From Camelus ferus (lineage: Eukaryota), in assembly GCF_009834535.1 (NCBI RefSeq), contig NC_045696.1, positions 85,624,001 through 85,688,000 of the forward strand: a stretch of 64,000 nucleotides of DNA, read 5' to 3'. The stretch's first letter is position 1; every line of letters begins with the position of its first letter. Both the position numbers and the translations under genes were made by a program. Below, one piece after another: positions 26,011 to 38,331 of this stretch. The notes beneath the pieces are model-generated. The model did not search any database, was not told the origin of the DNA, and saw nothing but the letters and a program-made list of their open reading frames with translations.

Positions 26011-28505
26011 CCCTTGGAAGCTAGATTGTAATACTTTTAATGTCCTTTTAAATACTGAGATTCCAAAGCTCCAATATTTTTTACTTAAGGATGAAAGGGA
26101 CAGCAATGTTCACATTAAATATGTTCCACTGTATTATTATCTTTATACGAACATCTCTTATGTTGTTTCTGATGGAGCTTAGACCTTCCTAGAGAGAATA
26201 TATCAAGAATAGGAAATGTAAAATGGTCTCTTTCCTACCATAGTGATTATAGCTGTTTTATATATTTGGTAGTCAAAAGAAACACAGTAACAACTATTTA
26301 TGTTTTGCTTTGTCGTGTTTTTTAAATATTCAGATTTTACAAATAAATACTTTCAAACATCATGAATCAAAAAATGTCAGCACATGTTATATTCTCCCAC
26401 TGGAGAATTGAGAGAATCATTGTGTTTGTACATTTTCTTTTTGTGAAGTATTAAAACTTCAGCAAGGAACGTTAAAAATGTAATGGTCCTTTGAAGGTAG
26501 CACTGAAAGGAAAACAAATATTTGACTATCTAATGGATTCAACAAGAGTGAAATGAATAGACATACAGATGATTAAATCTTAAATGGCTAAGGGAAGCCT
26601 CATGAAATATATTTGAGTATGCACTGCACTGAAATCCATTAAATGTACACAAATCTCAAAATCTCCTTTAAAAAGGTAGAAAAAATGGCATGTTCTGGGG
26701 AGCACAAAACAGCACACCCAAACCTTATATTTGCCTTTAGAATTTGTATTCATTTGTACTGTCACACACGTACTCAAACAGTCTCCTCCTCCATGTTGAA
26801 GCTGAATCCTTCCTAAGGAGACCATACTGCTGGCAGCCAAGAACAGTTAGATGCTCCAGAGAAGTAAGTCTGGGGTTACAGCCAAATCTCTGCAAAAGAG
26901 AGTTCTTTAAATAATAAAGAGTTGACTGTGATGGCAAAAGTCTTCTTGCAGGTGCAGATGCATATATTTTGGAATGCAAGTAAACCCTTTTCCTAACCCA
27001 CCACCACTATCTTATTTTCACAGTGTTCTAGTCTTACTGGTGTTCTTCACAGGATCTCTTTACTCCAAACTGTTCCAGGTGTGGGATGGAACAGGAAAGC
27101 AGAGAAGACAAGGGAGTGTGTTGTATACAAACAAAAGCAAAATAAGAAAATTAAAATGAGGTTGGGGATAAGCTCTTTCTTCTATTTCCCAGGCCTTATT
27201 CTTGCCTTTATGCAATATAATTTGATGTTTTCTGTTCAGACTTAATACCTGAAAATGAGTCTTCATGAACATATTGCTGGCATTTTGGGTGGTAAGTAAA
27301 TAGACTACCCTATCAAAATGAAGCCCCAGATGTCAATTAAGATATCTGTATCATCACTGCAGTTTTTTAAAGAAAGCATACTGTTTGGAGTTTTACTGGA
27401 TGAATTCTTTTATTCCTATTAATCTCCTTTGTAGTAAATTAGCTTTGTAGTAAATTAGCTTTGATATAATTTAATTTGTTATCACATCTTAAGAAACCTT
27501 TGCAAACAATAATTTTGGAACACTTAATCATTCTCTACCTGCCATCCAAGAAATTTCCTGCTCAGCAATACTTTTGTAATAAAACCCAAATCAGTAACTG
27601 ACCCATTTAAGTAGAGTTTTAGGCAAAATTATAGCAATTTCTAAAGCTTTGCAGTTTGCTGGTCAGAGGTAAATAAAAGTTAAAAGTATAGCAAAGTAAT
27701 CTATAAAGCATAATTTTCTGATATTTAATTACACAAATAATTATAATAATTACACAATCCTAGATTTTTCTTACTCTTCTCAATGTGATGTGGACCATCA
27801 AATCAGATAAACAGTATCCTTTTCTTACTGATGAAGTTTTCCGTATCTCACAAACTCAATACATTATCTCTTTGGCCATTTGTAATTTGTCCAATCTTGC
27901 AATACTGACAAAGGCTACGATGACTCTCCACTTTTATTTTCCAGAAAAATTCCAACATGGAACAGTGAAAAAAATTTTTTTAAATATATCTGCAGAGCTG
28001 AAAAAAAAAGTATTCTAAAAAACAGAATGGTAGATATGAAAAGTGTCTCTGAAATTGACTTACAAGATCATAAACACAGATCAGAATAATTTATTGCAAT
28101 GAATTATATCCAATTTTAATGGGTATAAATTTGACAAAGCCAGTCTATAGTGAATCTAATTTCCTGTATTTGAGATATCCGCATAATAAGCACCATTTGA
28201 CATTGGCTAGAAGATTCTGTGTAGAACCTGTCAGTCAATAAGACCGTAAAAGCCTTACCAAAGTGAAAAATCCATAAACACACCAGAGTAGAAAGAATCG
28301 TACAAAATGAGCAGAATGAGAAAAAACCATGGACATTTTGGTGATTAGAACTAGGTAGTATAAAACTATGGTGATAATGCTGAAGATGACATATTAAAGG
28401 AAAAGAGAGAGCAGGTTAAATTTCTGAGCTAAAAGATAGAAAAGGTCTTTATTTTGACAAAAAAAAATGTTACTCAGGAAGCAGGTGAAATGGGTAACAT
28501 GACCA

Positions 28506-28998
28506 TGATGGGGAACAGAATAGGCCACCCTAAAATGTGCCACTTTAGCAGACAGCGTATTTTGAGCTGAAGGCAATCATGAAACCCCAGACTCAGGAAA
28601 AACTTTTACCTCTCCCTTAACTGCCTAAAAAAAGTTTAGACAGGGGGCCCAGCCCAGATGAGAGCTATTACCAGAGATAACTTTTTTTTTTTTAACGGGA
28701 AGACTTATCTGCACGGCAGGGCAAACGTCTGATTACTAAATAGCTACTCCTCATCTTCCTGTGAATTGTTCTCCTTCCATTTTGAAGCCCCAGGTCCCTA
28801 TCCCTTCCCTTAGGTCAGGATGGCATATAAGCCTCAACTGCCTGACTGCCTTTGGTTCTCATACTATTATGAGACTCCCATATGTACAAAAATAATTTTT
28901 TTCTCCTGTTAACCTGTTTTATGTCTTTAAATAATTAAACTTATTAGACCAGCCAAAAAAACCTAGAGGGGAAGAAGAAAATTTTTTCTGCCCTGACA
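28506..28998 (+). mobile_element. MER34-like ERV1 solo LTR
   Basis: TG...CA ends; ccaccctaaaatgtgccacttt...tattttgagctgaaggcaat; TATA-like gcatataag near 28825; flanks acca/atca (4-bp TSD with one mismatch). Confidence 0.85.
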
Positions 28999-30698
28999 AT
29001 CATTTAGTCAGACAATTCTGGGTTTTTAAATTTTTTTTTCAAGTGTATTTATATTACCTACCATCAGGATTGTTATCAGGACAACAAGTGGGTGGTAATG
29101 TTATTGTTACTGTCATATATCTCAAGGACAAGGTTTAATCTTTTGCATTATTTATAAACCTATCACTTAATGTTTGGCACAATGCTATGCATATGAATAG
29201 TATATGCCTAAAGGGCAATGATGATAGGTGTCCCTGAAATTTACAAACAAAATCATGAATATATGAAATCATACTGTAAAGTGATTTTTTTAGGATTCAG
29301 CTGCCATTTTTCTTTTGTTTCTGAGTATGGGTGGTCAAGAGCAGAAAGTGAGAAGGCAAGCAGAGAAGGTCAAGAAGTGACAGCTGGAAAAGAGTTTAGA
29401 TAAAACCAAAACCTGGGAAAACAATTTTAAAAGTAGAAATAAGAAGACAAGGAGGCCTGGAAAAGCCCCTCTTGTAGCTACCTGAATGTGAAGCATGCAG
29501 CACCCTCCTCCAGACCCTCTGCAGAAGGAAACAGTCAGAAGATCATAGCTACATAGGTGATTTGTCAGCAATACTCACCAAGGAAGATTTTGACAATAAC
29601 CTTCTAATGTCCAAAAGAAATGTACTAAAAGAATGGTGACTATATTTTCCTCAGTCTTTAATAAGATCAAACAAGAAGGCATGGGCTTATATAGCAGCAA
29701 GAGAGATTTCAGAAACGGTTTAACTACAAATTTCACAATGCAGGTAACTACGTGTGGCAATGGATTAGCAAGGGAAGATATGGCATAACTTCTTTGAAAA
29801 TGCTTTTTGATATTGTAGAAATTCTCATCTCAGCCTGAAAATCACTTCTTATGATCTTCTTTCGTCCTCTAAGATTTTAAGATTATATATTAAGGCCAAT
29901 TCAAAAGTATAACTATAAGGAACTTATAGGTTATATTTAACCAGAAAAAGTCTATTAGTAAACTAGAAATGCCACTTCCTATCATATAGCCGCCATTAAG
30001 TTTACTATTCAGCAACAGATCCATAAAATTAGTTGGCACAACTGAAAATTTTTTCTGTAGCAGAAGGTACAACAAGGACTTTAATACCTTCAATAATAAT
30101 TTTAAAGAAATTAATGTCAGGCAATTTACTAATTCTGGAAAAAAAAAACAGTTTTAGAGAACACTGGTGTTAGATATAAGAAATGTTTCATTCAGTGCAC
30201 TCTTCAGAAAGTAACATCAGGTACCCACAATACAAAAAAACACAAATGTTCTAAAACTTCCGGTATCATTCTAAAGAATTAGTAGTAGATGTTTCCCCAT
30301 AAAGAACTTTTTAAAAGTTACCAAATGCTTCTGTCTAGTACTAAAAATAATGAAAATATGAGTTAAAAAGTAATTCACTCAAGAACTGTTTGTTGGGAAC
30401 CGTCACTGACTAAAGCAGGAATCTTGTCCTCCAGGAGCTCCTCCTGTAGTGGGCAAAATCAATTTCATCTACTTGTTATCCAGTATGAAAGGCTGGAAAA
30501 ATCCAATAGAAATGGAGAGAAGGTGGGATCTAATCCTAAAATATTGCACTTAAAAAAATGTCAAATAAAAAAATTTCAAATCAGATTTCTTAGTTTAGGC
30601 AATGTACTTGTGACTAAGATAAACAGGGACCAAGGATCCAGTGCATTTACTTTCAAAGTCAACCTACTTTAACGCACATCCTACTGAGCTCAGTAGGT

Positions 30699-30955
30699 AT
30701 CTTGTCATTCGACCGCCAGTTAATCACAGTAAAATGGTGATTATAACGTTGACCTTTATAGGTCATAGCATATCATGGTCACTTAAGAAATATTTATCCA
30801 TTTTCATCTGCAATTTTATATTTTTTCCTCATTATTTCCTTTAGCATGAGCCCATTTTAAAACACTTCTTTTGGCCTGTTAACTTCTGAGTGGAAATGCA
30901 GTCTCATCTTTTAACAAACTTACTATTAACTGTTACTTAGTCATCTTAATATGAT
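30699..30955 (+). repeat. Copy 1 of a local direct duplication of about 260 bp
   Basis: Aligns by eye to 31716-31978, from atcttgtcattcgacc to tagtcatcttaatatgat. Confidence 0.95.
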
Positions 30956-31254
30956 TATTACTGTCTGCCACTTGTGTTTAGTCAAATTTAGTATTATTTT
31001 TGTTTTTGATTTCAGGTTCCTTTAATGTGTTCTGTATTTCAAATGACCTAGGAAAATGAAGCCTTCAAGCCCTGAGTTGTTTTTACATCCTGACAGTTTC
31101 TAAGCCGGCTGTGCTCTCCCCTGGGGGTGGGAGTAGGCTCAGTCTACTTTCAACTAATATCCAACAACTGCCAAATTTCTGTCTCATCTTAAACTTTTCA
31201 TCCTCCCTTCAGCTTCATTTGTCTAGTTGCCTATATCTCCACTTGCCATTTAAT

Positions 31255-31430
31255 ATAATGTCATCAAAATCACCAGGAGAACTTGTTAAAAACAAAGACA
31301 GTGACCCACCTCAGACTCTGAATGTGGATCTCCTAGATTCACGTCTGGGAATGTGGATTGTTAACAAGCCTTTTGCCAGTCCCTCAACTCCCAGGGGATT
31401 CTGAAGCTGTCTCAGTGTGACAGAGTACTT
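31255..31430. mobile_element. MER5-like fragment
   Basis: atcaaaatcaccaggagaacttgttaaaa...ttaacaagc...ccaggggattctga. Confidence 0.6.
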
Positions 31431-31715
31431 TATGACATATGTATTGGCCTCAATGCTACTAACATTGAGCCCTGGGATACATTCCTTAAGATCTCAGTCT
31501 CCATATAATTTTCAAACTATTACAAAAACCCTGTGTGGTAAGAATTACTGTTTCTATTTAACACAAAAGGAAACTGAGGCTCAAAGAAGTTAAGTATCAT
31601 GTGGAGCTGTGAGTACTATCAGTATGCTATGTAGACTGCCTGGTAAGATGAAGAAGACGAAGGACTCAGAAATGAGACCATATATGAATCCTGGCAGTGC
31701 CACTAAAGCAGCCTG

Positions 31716-31978
31716 ATCTTGTCATTCGACCTCTTTGAGCCCAAGTTAATCACAGTAAAATGGTGATTATAATGCTGACCTTTATAGGTCATAGGATATC
31801 ATGGTCACTAAAGAAATATTAAGCCATTTACATCTGTAATTTTAATTTTTTCTCATTATGTCCTTAAGCATGAGCCCATTTTAAAACACTTCTTTTGGCC
31901 TGTTAACTTCTGAGTAGAAATGTATTCTCACCTTTAACAAACTTATTATTAGATGTTAATTAGTCATCTTAATATGAT
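31716..31978 (+). repeat. Copy 2 (probable source) of the local duplication
   Basis: Aligns to 30699-30955; begins inside a MIR remnant. Confidence 0.95.
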
Positions 31979-32169
31979 AATTTAGGAGGTACATCTGTTA
32001 TGTAAAGCACCGTATCAAGCCTGTTTAAGTAGGCTAAAATTGGAAATAATAGGAGAATTTCCAAAATTAGGAGAATATTAAACAAAGGCAAAATTATTAA
32101 ATAAAATGAGGCCAGTCACAGAGTGTAATAATATGTAGGCACTAAAAATTAAAATTTTTAAAGAACTGC

Positions 32170-32432
32170 TGACAAAGTTAGTAGGCACAAAATAGGATGT
32201 GAATTGTATTTATTACATGATTTGATATTAAAATGTGTGTACAAATGCATGTGTGTATATGAATATATGTACTTGAAATTTTGTTAAAAGATAGAAAGAA
32301 AATATGCCAAAGTAGTAATAGTAGTTATCTTTTGGTTGAGTAATTATATATTACTTTTGTTTTCTTCTTTGTAGATTTTCTGTATTTTACATGTTTTCTA
32401 AAAATTATGTGCATGTTTTACAGAGAGAAAAA
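32170..32432 (+). mobile_element. Old L1ME-like 3' end
   Basis: gaaagaaaatatgccaaagtagtaatagtagttatct...ttttctgtattttacatgttttcta. Confidence 0.6.
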
Positions 32433-33219
32433 GTAAATATTATTAAAATAAAATTTATAAAGAAAATATTTATAAATAAAACAGAACAAATAAAGAATGC
32501 TGCAGGTGGACCATGTTATCATTTGCTTCTTTTCATCCTGAGATCCATAAAAGAATACATTTCTTATAAGGGTTTCTTTAGTTTCTGTTCTACCCAACAC
32601 TGTAAAACACTCAATAAAAGATACAGATCTCCTTGGATCACACACATTAGTTTTTCTCTGACCATATTTGGCTTCCATGGGAATCCTACAGATAAAATAT
32701 CTGCAACAGAAGGCTCTGAAATCAGGGAACAAACTGTTCTTAACTGTGTGGGGTAATTTTTCGGTTACATGGGAATCAGCCTTCTTAAAATAAAATGGCA
32801 GTACCTCATCCCATTATTGATACAAGTCTACTCTCTCCTGGGCACTGTTCTTGGTCTTTTGCTTTCATTATTCTTCTTTCTGTAACCTTGTTCAAGTAAT
32901 TTAACCTTTCTCTGCCTCTATTTCTTATATAAAATAGCACAATAATAGCACCAACTTGATAAGCCTTTTTGTTTGAGGATTAACTCAATTAATATTTAGA
33001 AAGCCCAAGAGAAAATTATCATAGCATAATAATAATAATACATATTATTTTTAACCTTAACAACTATCTTTAAGAGGCAGGTATAGAACTGCACCAGATA
33101 GTACATGAGGACACAAACTAGAATTTATTTACTTCTCTCCTTCTATGTGACACTAAAAGTCAAAAGCAACTTTTACTGACATCAAAGCCCATATATAGTC
33201 ATTATACCATCATGCAACA

Positions 33220-33490
33220 GACAGTATTCATAAATGTTCACTAACATATTATAAGCCAGACACAGACAATGAGCAATATTGGACAAGACTCAGCTCGTGC
33301 CTTTAGCCTAGTGAGAAGGGCAAGCAAGTCTTCAGGCATTAAGTGTGATGGCAAGGATGAGGATATGAGGCCATAATAGCAGAGAGAAAGGTGCTAAGTG
33401 TATTTTAGAGAGGTCAGGCAAAGCTACCTGGAGGAAGGAAGACTTCAGCAGAGATCTAAAGAATGAGTTGGAGTTAGCCAGCAAGCTGGT
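33220..33490 (-). mobile_element. L2 3' fragment
   Basis: ataaatgttcact...aagccagacac...gtcaggcaaagctacctggaggaag...gatctaaagaatgagttggagttagcca. Confidence 0.7.
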
Positions 33491-36400
33491 GAGGAACAAC
33501 AATCAGTTGGCATTTGCTCCCTGGTGTTCTGTGCTGGAACTCTGGAGCTGCCAACACTAACTTCATGCCAGGTGACAAATGATCAGAGTGCTCACAGCTG
33601 CAGCTGCTGCTTTATACCCTCTCCCTCGTACTTCCATCGTTAATGAGCCTGAGACCAGAAAAGAATACATCTCAGTAACCAAAAGCTCTTCTGTTAGCCT
33701 TTGGTCCCAAGATACAAGAGAAGTTCTTCACTCCTGTTAACAATACAGCCACAGATTATTTTCCTCTAGCACTTGCTAACATAGAAGTTTGCTGCTACTA
33801 ACTCTCATTTGTGTACATCTTGCTGGCAGGTTGCTGTATGCTAATAAATACACTTATTATAAAAAATGCATGATTTTTCCCCCAGTAACGGCTCTAAAGG
33901 ATGTCAAGGCCTGTAAGGTTCCTTAAGGTTAATTCTTGCTGTTAGGAACTCCTCTGATTTACCCTAACTGTTAGCAGTTCTAACTTTGGAATACTCTACC
34001 TGCAGTTACACAACACCCCAGAGACGCAGGTATGCCGACAGGTATCTAGTCCAGATGTAAATAGCTTTACAGAGTAAAGTTTTATACCTTTATTGATATA
34101 TCTATATTCCAAATATTATTTTTAAAAAAGATGTCTCAAACAGTTGACTGGAGGAGAAGGAACTTTCTTTTTCTGCAGTGATATATCAGATATGACTTCC
34201 CAATACACAGAGTTTCTAGAAAGATTTCCATTTTGCCCCTTAGAAGTCACTGCTATTTGACTATAACCACTTAATTGAAATTGTGTGGGGGAAAAAGAAT
34301 TTATTATTTATTTAATTGTCAATAAACACACTCCAGTGCTGTTTGTGGCTGGCAGTATGAAACAGATTTAAAGGAAGCATGGAATTTGCTTCCTTCCTTT
34401 AAGGAGTTTAAAGTATGGTTGGAAAAGCTAAAAATCATGTTAAACTGACTCAGTGACACTGACTACAGAAAAGAGTGACATCAGGACACCAGAGGAAGAA
34501 AATGTTTCACTATACTAAGAAAGAGGAGCATAACATGGGATCTTGTATTAGAAAATTTCTGCTATTCGTGTATATTTTGCATTTGTGTTTTTTGAATGCC
34601 TAGTCTTCCAAAGAATAAAGAAAAGCCCCCAGTATATTTTCCAAGGCATTGTATTTTTATCCTTCAAAATGATGATTAAAGAAAATTATGGGCTATCCTG
34701 ACACAAATGTTTTAAAACATAAGTTAGAGAATCATCATCAAACTAGTTCCCACATATAAACAAAAGTCTATTTCCATTGTTACAAAAAAAAAAAAAAAAC
34801 AACCAAAAAACAAAACAGCTTTAAGGCAACCACTAGGGGGAAAATCCTGCAGTACACATTGCAGTATATTTCTCTAAAACTAAATATCCAGCTTTATTTG
34901 GACAACATATGCTTCCCCTAATCCATCTGTCTCCAGGCCAAACCATGCCTCTGGGCTTAAAATAAGGTGAAAGTCTTGGGTCACTATATCTTACCACCTC
35001 TTCTTACATGGACTAAAAATAAAATATTAACAGCAGGTCCAGCAGGATGGAGACCAGGACCAGTGTGGAAATTTGTCTTACTGACACTGAGGAGAAAAAA
35101 GCCTGACTGCGCAGATTAGCTCAAAGTGAAGCAAATCCTGCATCTTTATTTTAACTGACACATAAATTCCATCAATGTATATTTTTAAACTGAAGAATTC
35201 CACTCTTCTGTATTTTTTAGAAGAATCATGTAAGAGCAAATTAAGATATATAAATTGTCATCAGAAGATAGGTCTGTCTTAGACAAAAGGGGAAACTCCA
35301 GGTAGTTGTTTATTTTTTTAATGCTGTTGGTTCAATGACATTGTTTATTTGGCCCTTTTATTTGTAGGACACTATACATTCATTTATAATTTAGTTGAGG
35401 AATAACAGGTATAAACTCCTTAAAAATGTTTGTTTATTTTCATTTAGTGTCATCCTTTCAAATGACAAAAATTGTTCCTCACATATGCCCATCACTGTTC
35501 ATAAAAGGTAAGAGATCATTACACAGGGACAGAGAAAAGGACTACCTGTGTATGCAGAGGCTGGGACCCAGAACATGCTACCTCACTGCCCCACAAAACT
35601 ATGGAAGCAAACAGCTAAGGATCTCTCAAGTGATCGCTTTGAACTCCCAGAATTACAAAGAGGCTCTAGAGAGTATGGCTAAACTAAGTTACAGGCAGCC
35701 AAATATTTGAAGTGTTCATATAAGAAGACAAATTTTTATTATAGGGTGCAAAAGCATTCCTCAAACTTTTCAACTGTTTCCTTAAATTTATTGGTTTCAC
35801 ATGTGTTACATATCCACTATATTTCTAGTGAAGAGATATAAAGATGAACTGGTGAATTCTGCGTGAATAATTAGCACAGCTTATAATTACCTTAATAATC
35901 CTTTTAAAAACTTTAAGGCAAGACTATTCATGTAAGAGGTTAAAAATAGAGTATGATTAAACATCAATAGTGGCTATTCTAGGGAATTTGTTTTGCATTG
36001 CCTGAGCCATAAAAGGAATCAGCTGGAACAATAGCTCCAAAGACTTGGTAAATTTTGAGGATGTTAATCATTGCTGAGTATTAGGAAATACAAATGTAAA
36101 TAATATTGAATCCTGACCTTACCTTCATTTTACCATTCATTCTTTCATACAGTAGAATATTTTTCAAGAAATTTCTAGGTTCTTTGGATATAATGTTGAG
36201 AAAAACTTTTGTGTCTTGGAACTTACATTCCAACATGGTATATACACAAAAATAAATTATAAAATTATTGTAAAATTTCATACAGGCTCTCACTATTATG
36301 AACAGCACTCAATGTTTCTAAAAGACTGCTGAATGCCTATATTGTTAGTGGCACTGAGCAGGAACTAATGATGAGATCCAAAATCTCCAGCCTGAGGTTC

Positions 36401-38312
36401 AAGGCCATCTCCAACATTGCCTCACCCACCTGTACAATATGACCTCTTACTGCTCACATTTGAGACCAATGAAGAAAGCAGTACCCGATATAAACTAAAT
36501 GTCTGAATGGACATCGTCATCTTCACTCACCAAAATCATTCTTTCCACCCATCCCTTGAGAGGAGTGCCTTCCAATATATAGTCCCTACTAAAGCCCCTA
36601 AGTCGGATTTCTCCCTCCATTTAAATGCTATATACCTTGTGCATGTAGCTCTCTAATAGCAATTATTTTGATTCTTACTTTACTGTATACTTATATTCAC
36701 AAATATGCCCATCCTAGTCATCTGACTGGCAACTTTTTGAGGGCAGGGACTCCTTGTAAACTTTTTTGGCATCTCAGGTTTTATTTAGCATATTACCTTA
36801 CATAGTTAGCTCTCAATTCATACTTCTTACGCTGAATTATGTTGTATTTGCTTGTGTGCAATGACAGGACTAAAATTCAGTAACTGGTTCATGTTACACA
36901 TCTATTACAAGAGAATATGTGCAAGTTTATAAGTAAGTCTAACATTAGTTTTAGAGTAATAACACCAAGTGGAACACCTCAGCCTCTGTTATTTCTAATT
37001 TAATTCTGAACTTTTGAATCTTCCAATTTTCTGGCTAGTTTCTAACATAAACTCCCAGTCAGAACTCTCAAGTTTTCAGAGCTCTTGTAGATTCTGGCTA
37101 TAGTTATCTCAAGTCCTGGTAACCTGTATTTATATATCTAAGCATTCTATTTCCATATAATCACTTCAGCCAATATTTTATGTTCAAAGTATAAAAACTA
37201 ACCTTTCCTCAGAATTTGAAAGCATAGAAAACTAAATGCACAACTGAATGAAACTTGGCAAATTTAAAATATAACAGTAAAACAAGTACATTCTTTAAAT
37301 AAATCTTCTTTTTTCAATAGATAATCTTCATACTGAGTTATCTAGATAGAAATAGTATGTGTGAAGGTATAAAAAATCTACCCAATATCTAACATATGCA
37401 TTTTCATAGCTGTGCAATAATTCTGCAACCATGTTATTGTCTACATATACACAACACACATTCACGTGGCATATTAGACCATACAAAATGTACATACACA
37501 AGATACATATTTTCTGTCATTAGTGTTTTCATAGATACACAACATTCTTTCTGGCACATAGATGTGAAAATCATTCATATATTACAGGTGTGTTTCTGTC
37601 TACATCTACAGGTAAAAGTGATTTAATATTCAGTCCATGGTAGCTAAACATATATATACATGTATATATAATATACATGTATATTTAGCTATTGTCTTTT
37701 GAAAGTCATATCTGGTAAAATTGCATGGTAATATGGTTTAGGTTTACTTTTCTTTTTTTGTCCTCTAACAAAGAAACATAAAAGAAAAAGCATTTTGGTA
37801 CCACTGTCATGTTTTCTTTAGACCATTACTTAGGTCATATTTTATCAATAAACAATGTGCTGTAAAGCTTTTATTATATCACATTGGAAAAATGAAAGAC
37901 TGTGATCCCATGCCCCCCATGATCCAGGTGAAGATGACATGAGTGTATACACATAGGAACAATTCAGGACATAGAACGTTTGGTACACAAAGAATAATCA
38001 GATGGGTTCCTACCCAGCACAATTCCATTCAGTAGTTTCTCTTGCACGTACCAGCTCAAGCTGCCCACGATCCACGCTGCTTTTAAATACTACAAAGCAA
38101 TTTAAACTCCAACTGACGCCCGCTTAAGTTCTTCTTTTTGCGCTCAGAAACGGAAACACTTGGACAGTGAGTGATGCCCTATTGCAGCTGCCTCCCCAAA
38201 TCCTTCAGCATCCCACCTCTGAGCCGCGCCGGGTTAAGCCCAGCAGCTCCAAGCTCATTCTCCTCAGCAGCTGGCAAGTGGTCGGCCGCTGTGCTGGGAG
38301 AATGGGCATCAG

Positions 38313-38331
38313 GGCGCCACCTGGAGGCGCC
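38313..38331. promoter_or_regulatory. CTCF motif within an isolated CpG-rich patch (about 38040-38380)
   Basis: ggcgccacctggaggcgcc; the minus strand reads CCTCCAGGTGGCGC, close to the CTCF core CCASYAGRKGGCRS. Confidence 0.75.

Noticed and set aside
29519..29578. Minus-strand donor (actcac) and acceptor (ctgcagaaggaaacag) pair
   Set aside because: They would define an intron of only about 60 nt; no other support.
32391..32756. Overlapping 121-aa and 104-aa ORFs
   Set aside because: AT-rich, partly L1 tail; chance ORFs.
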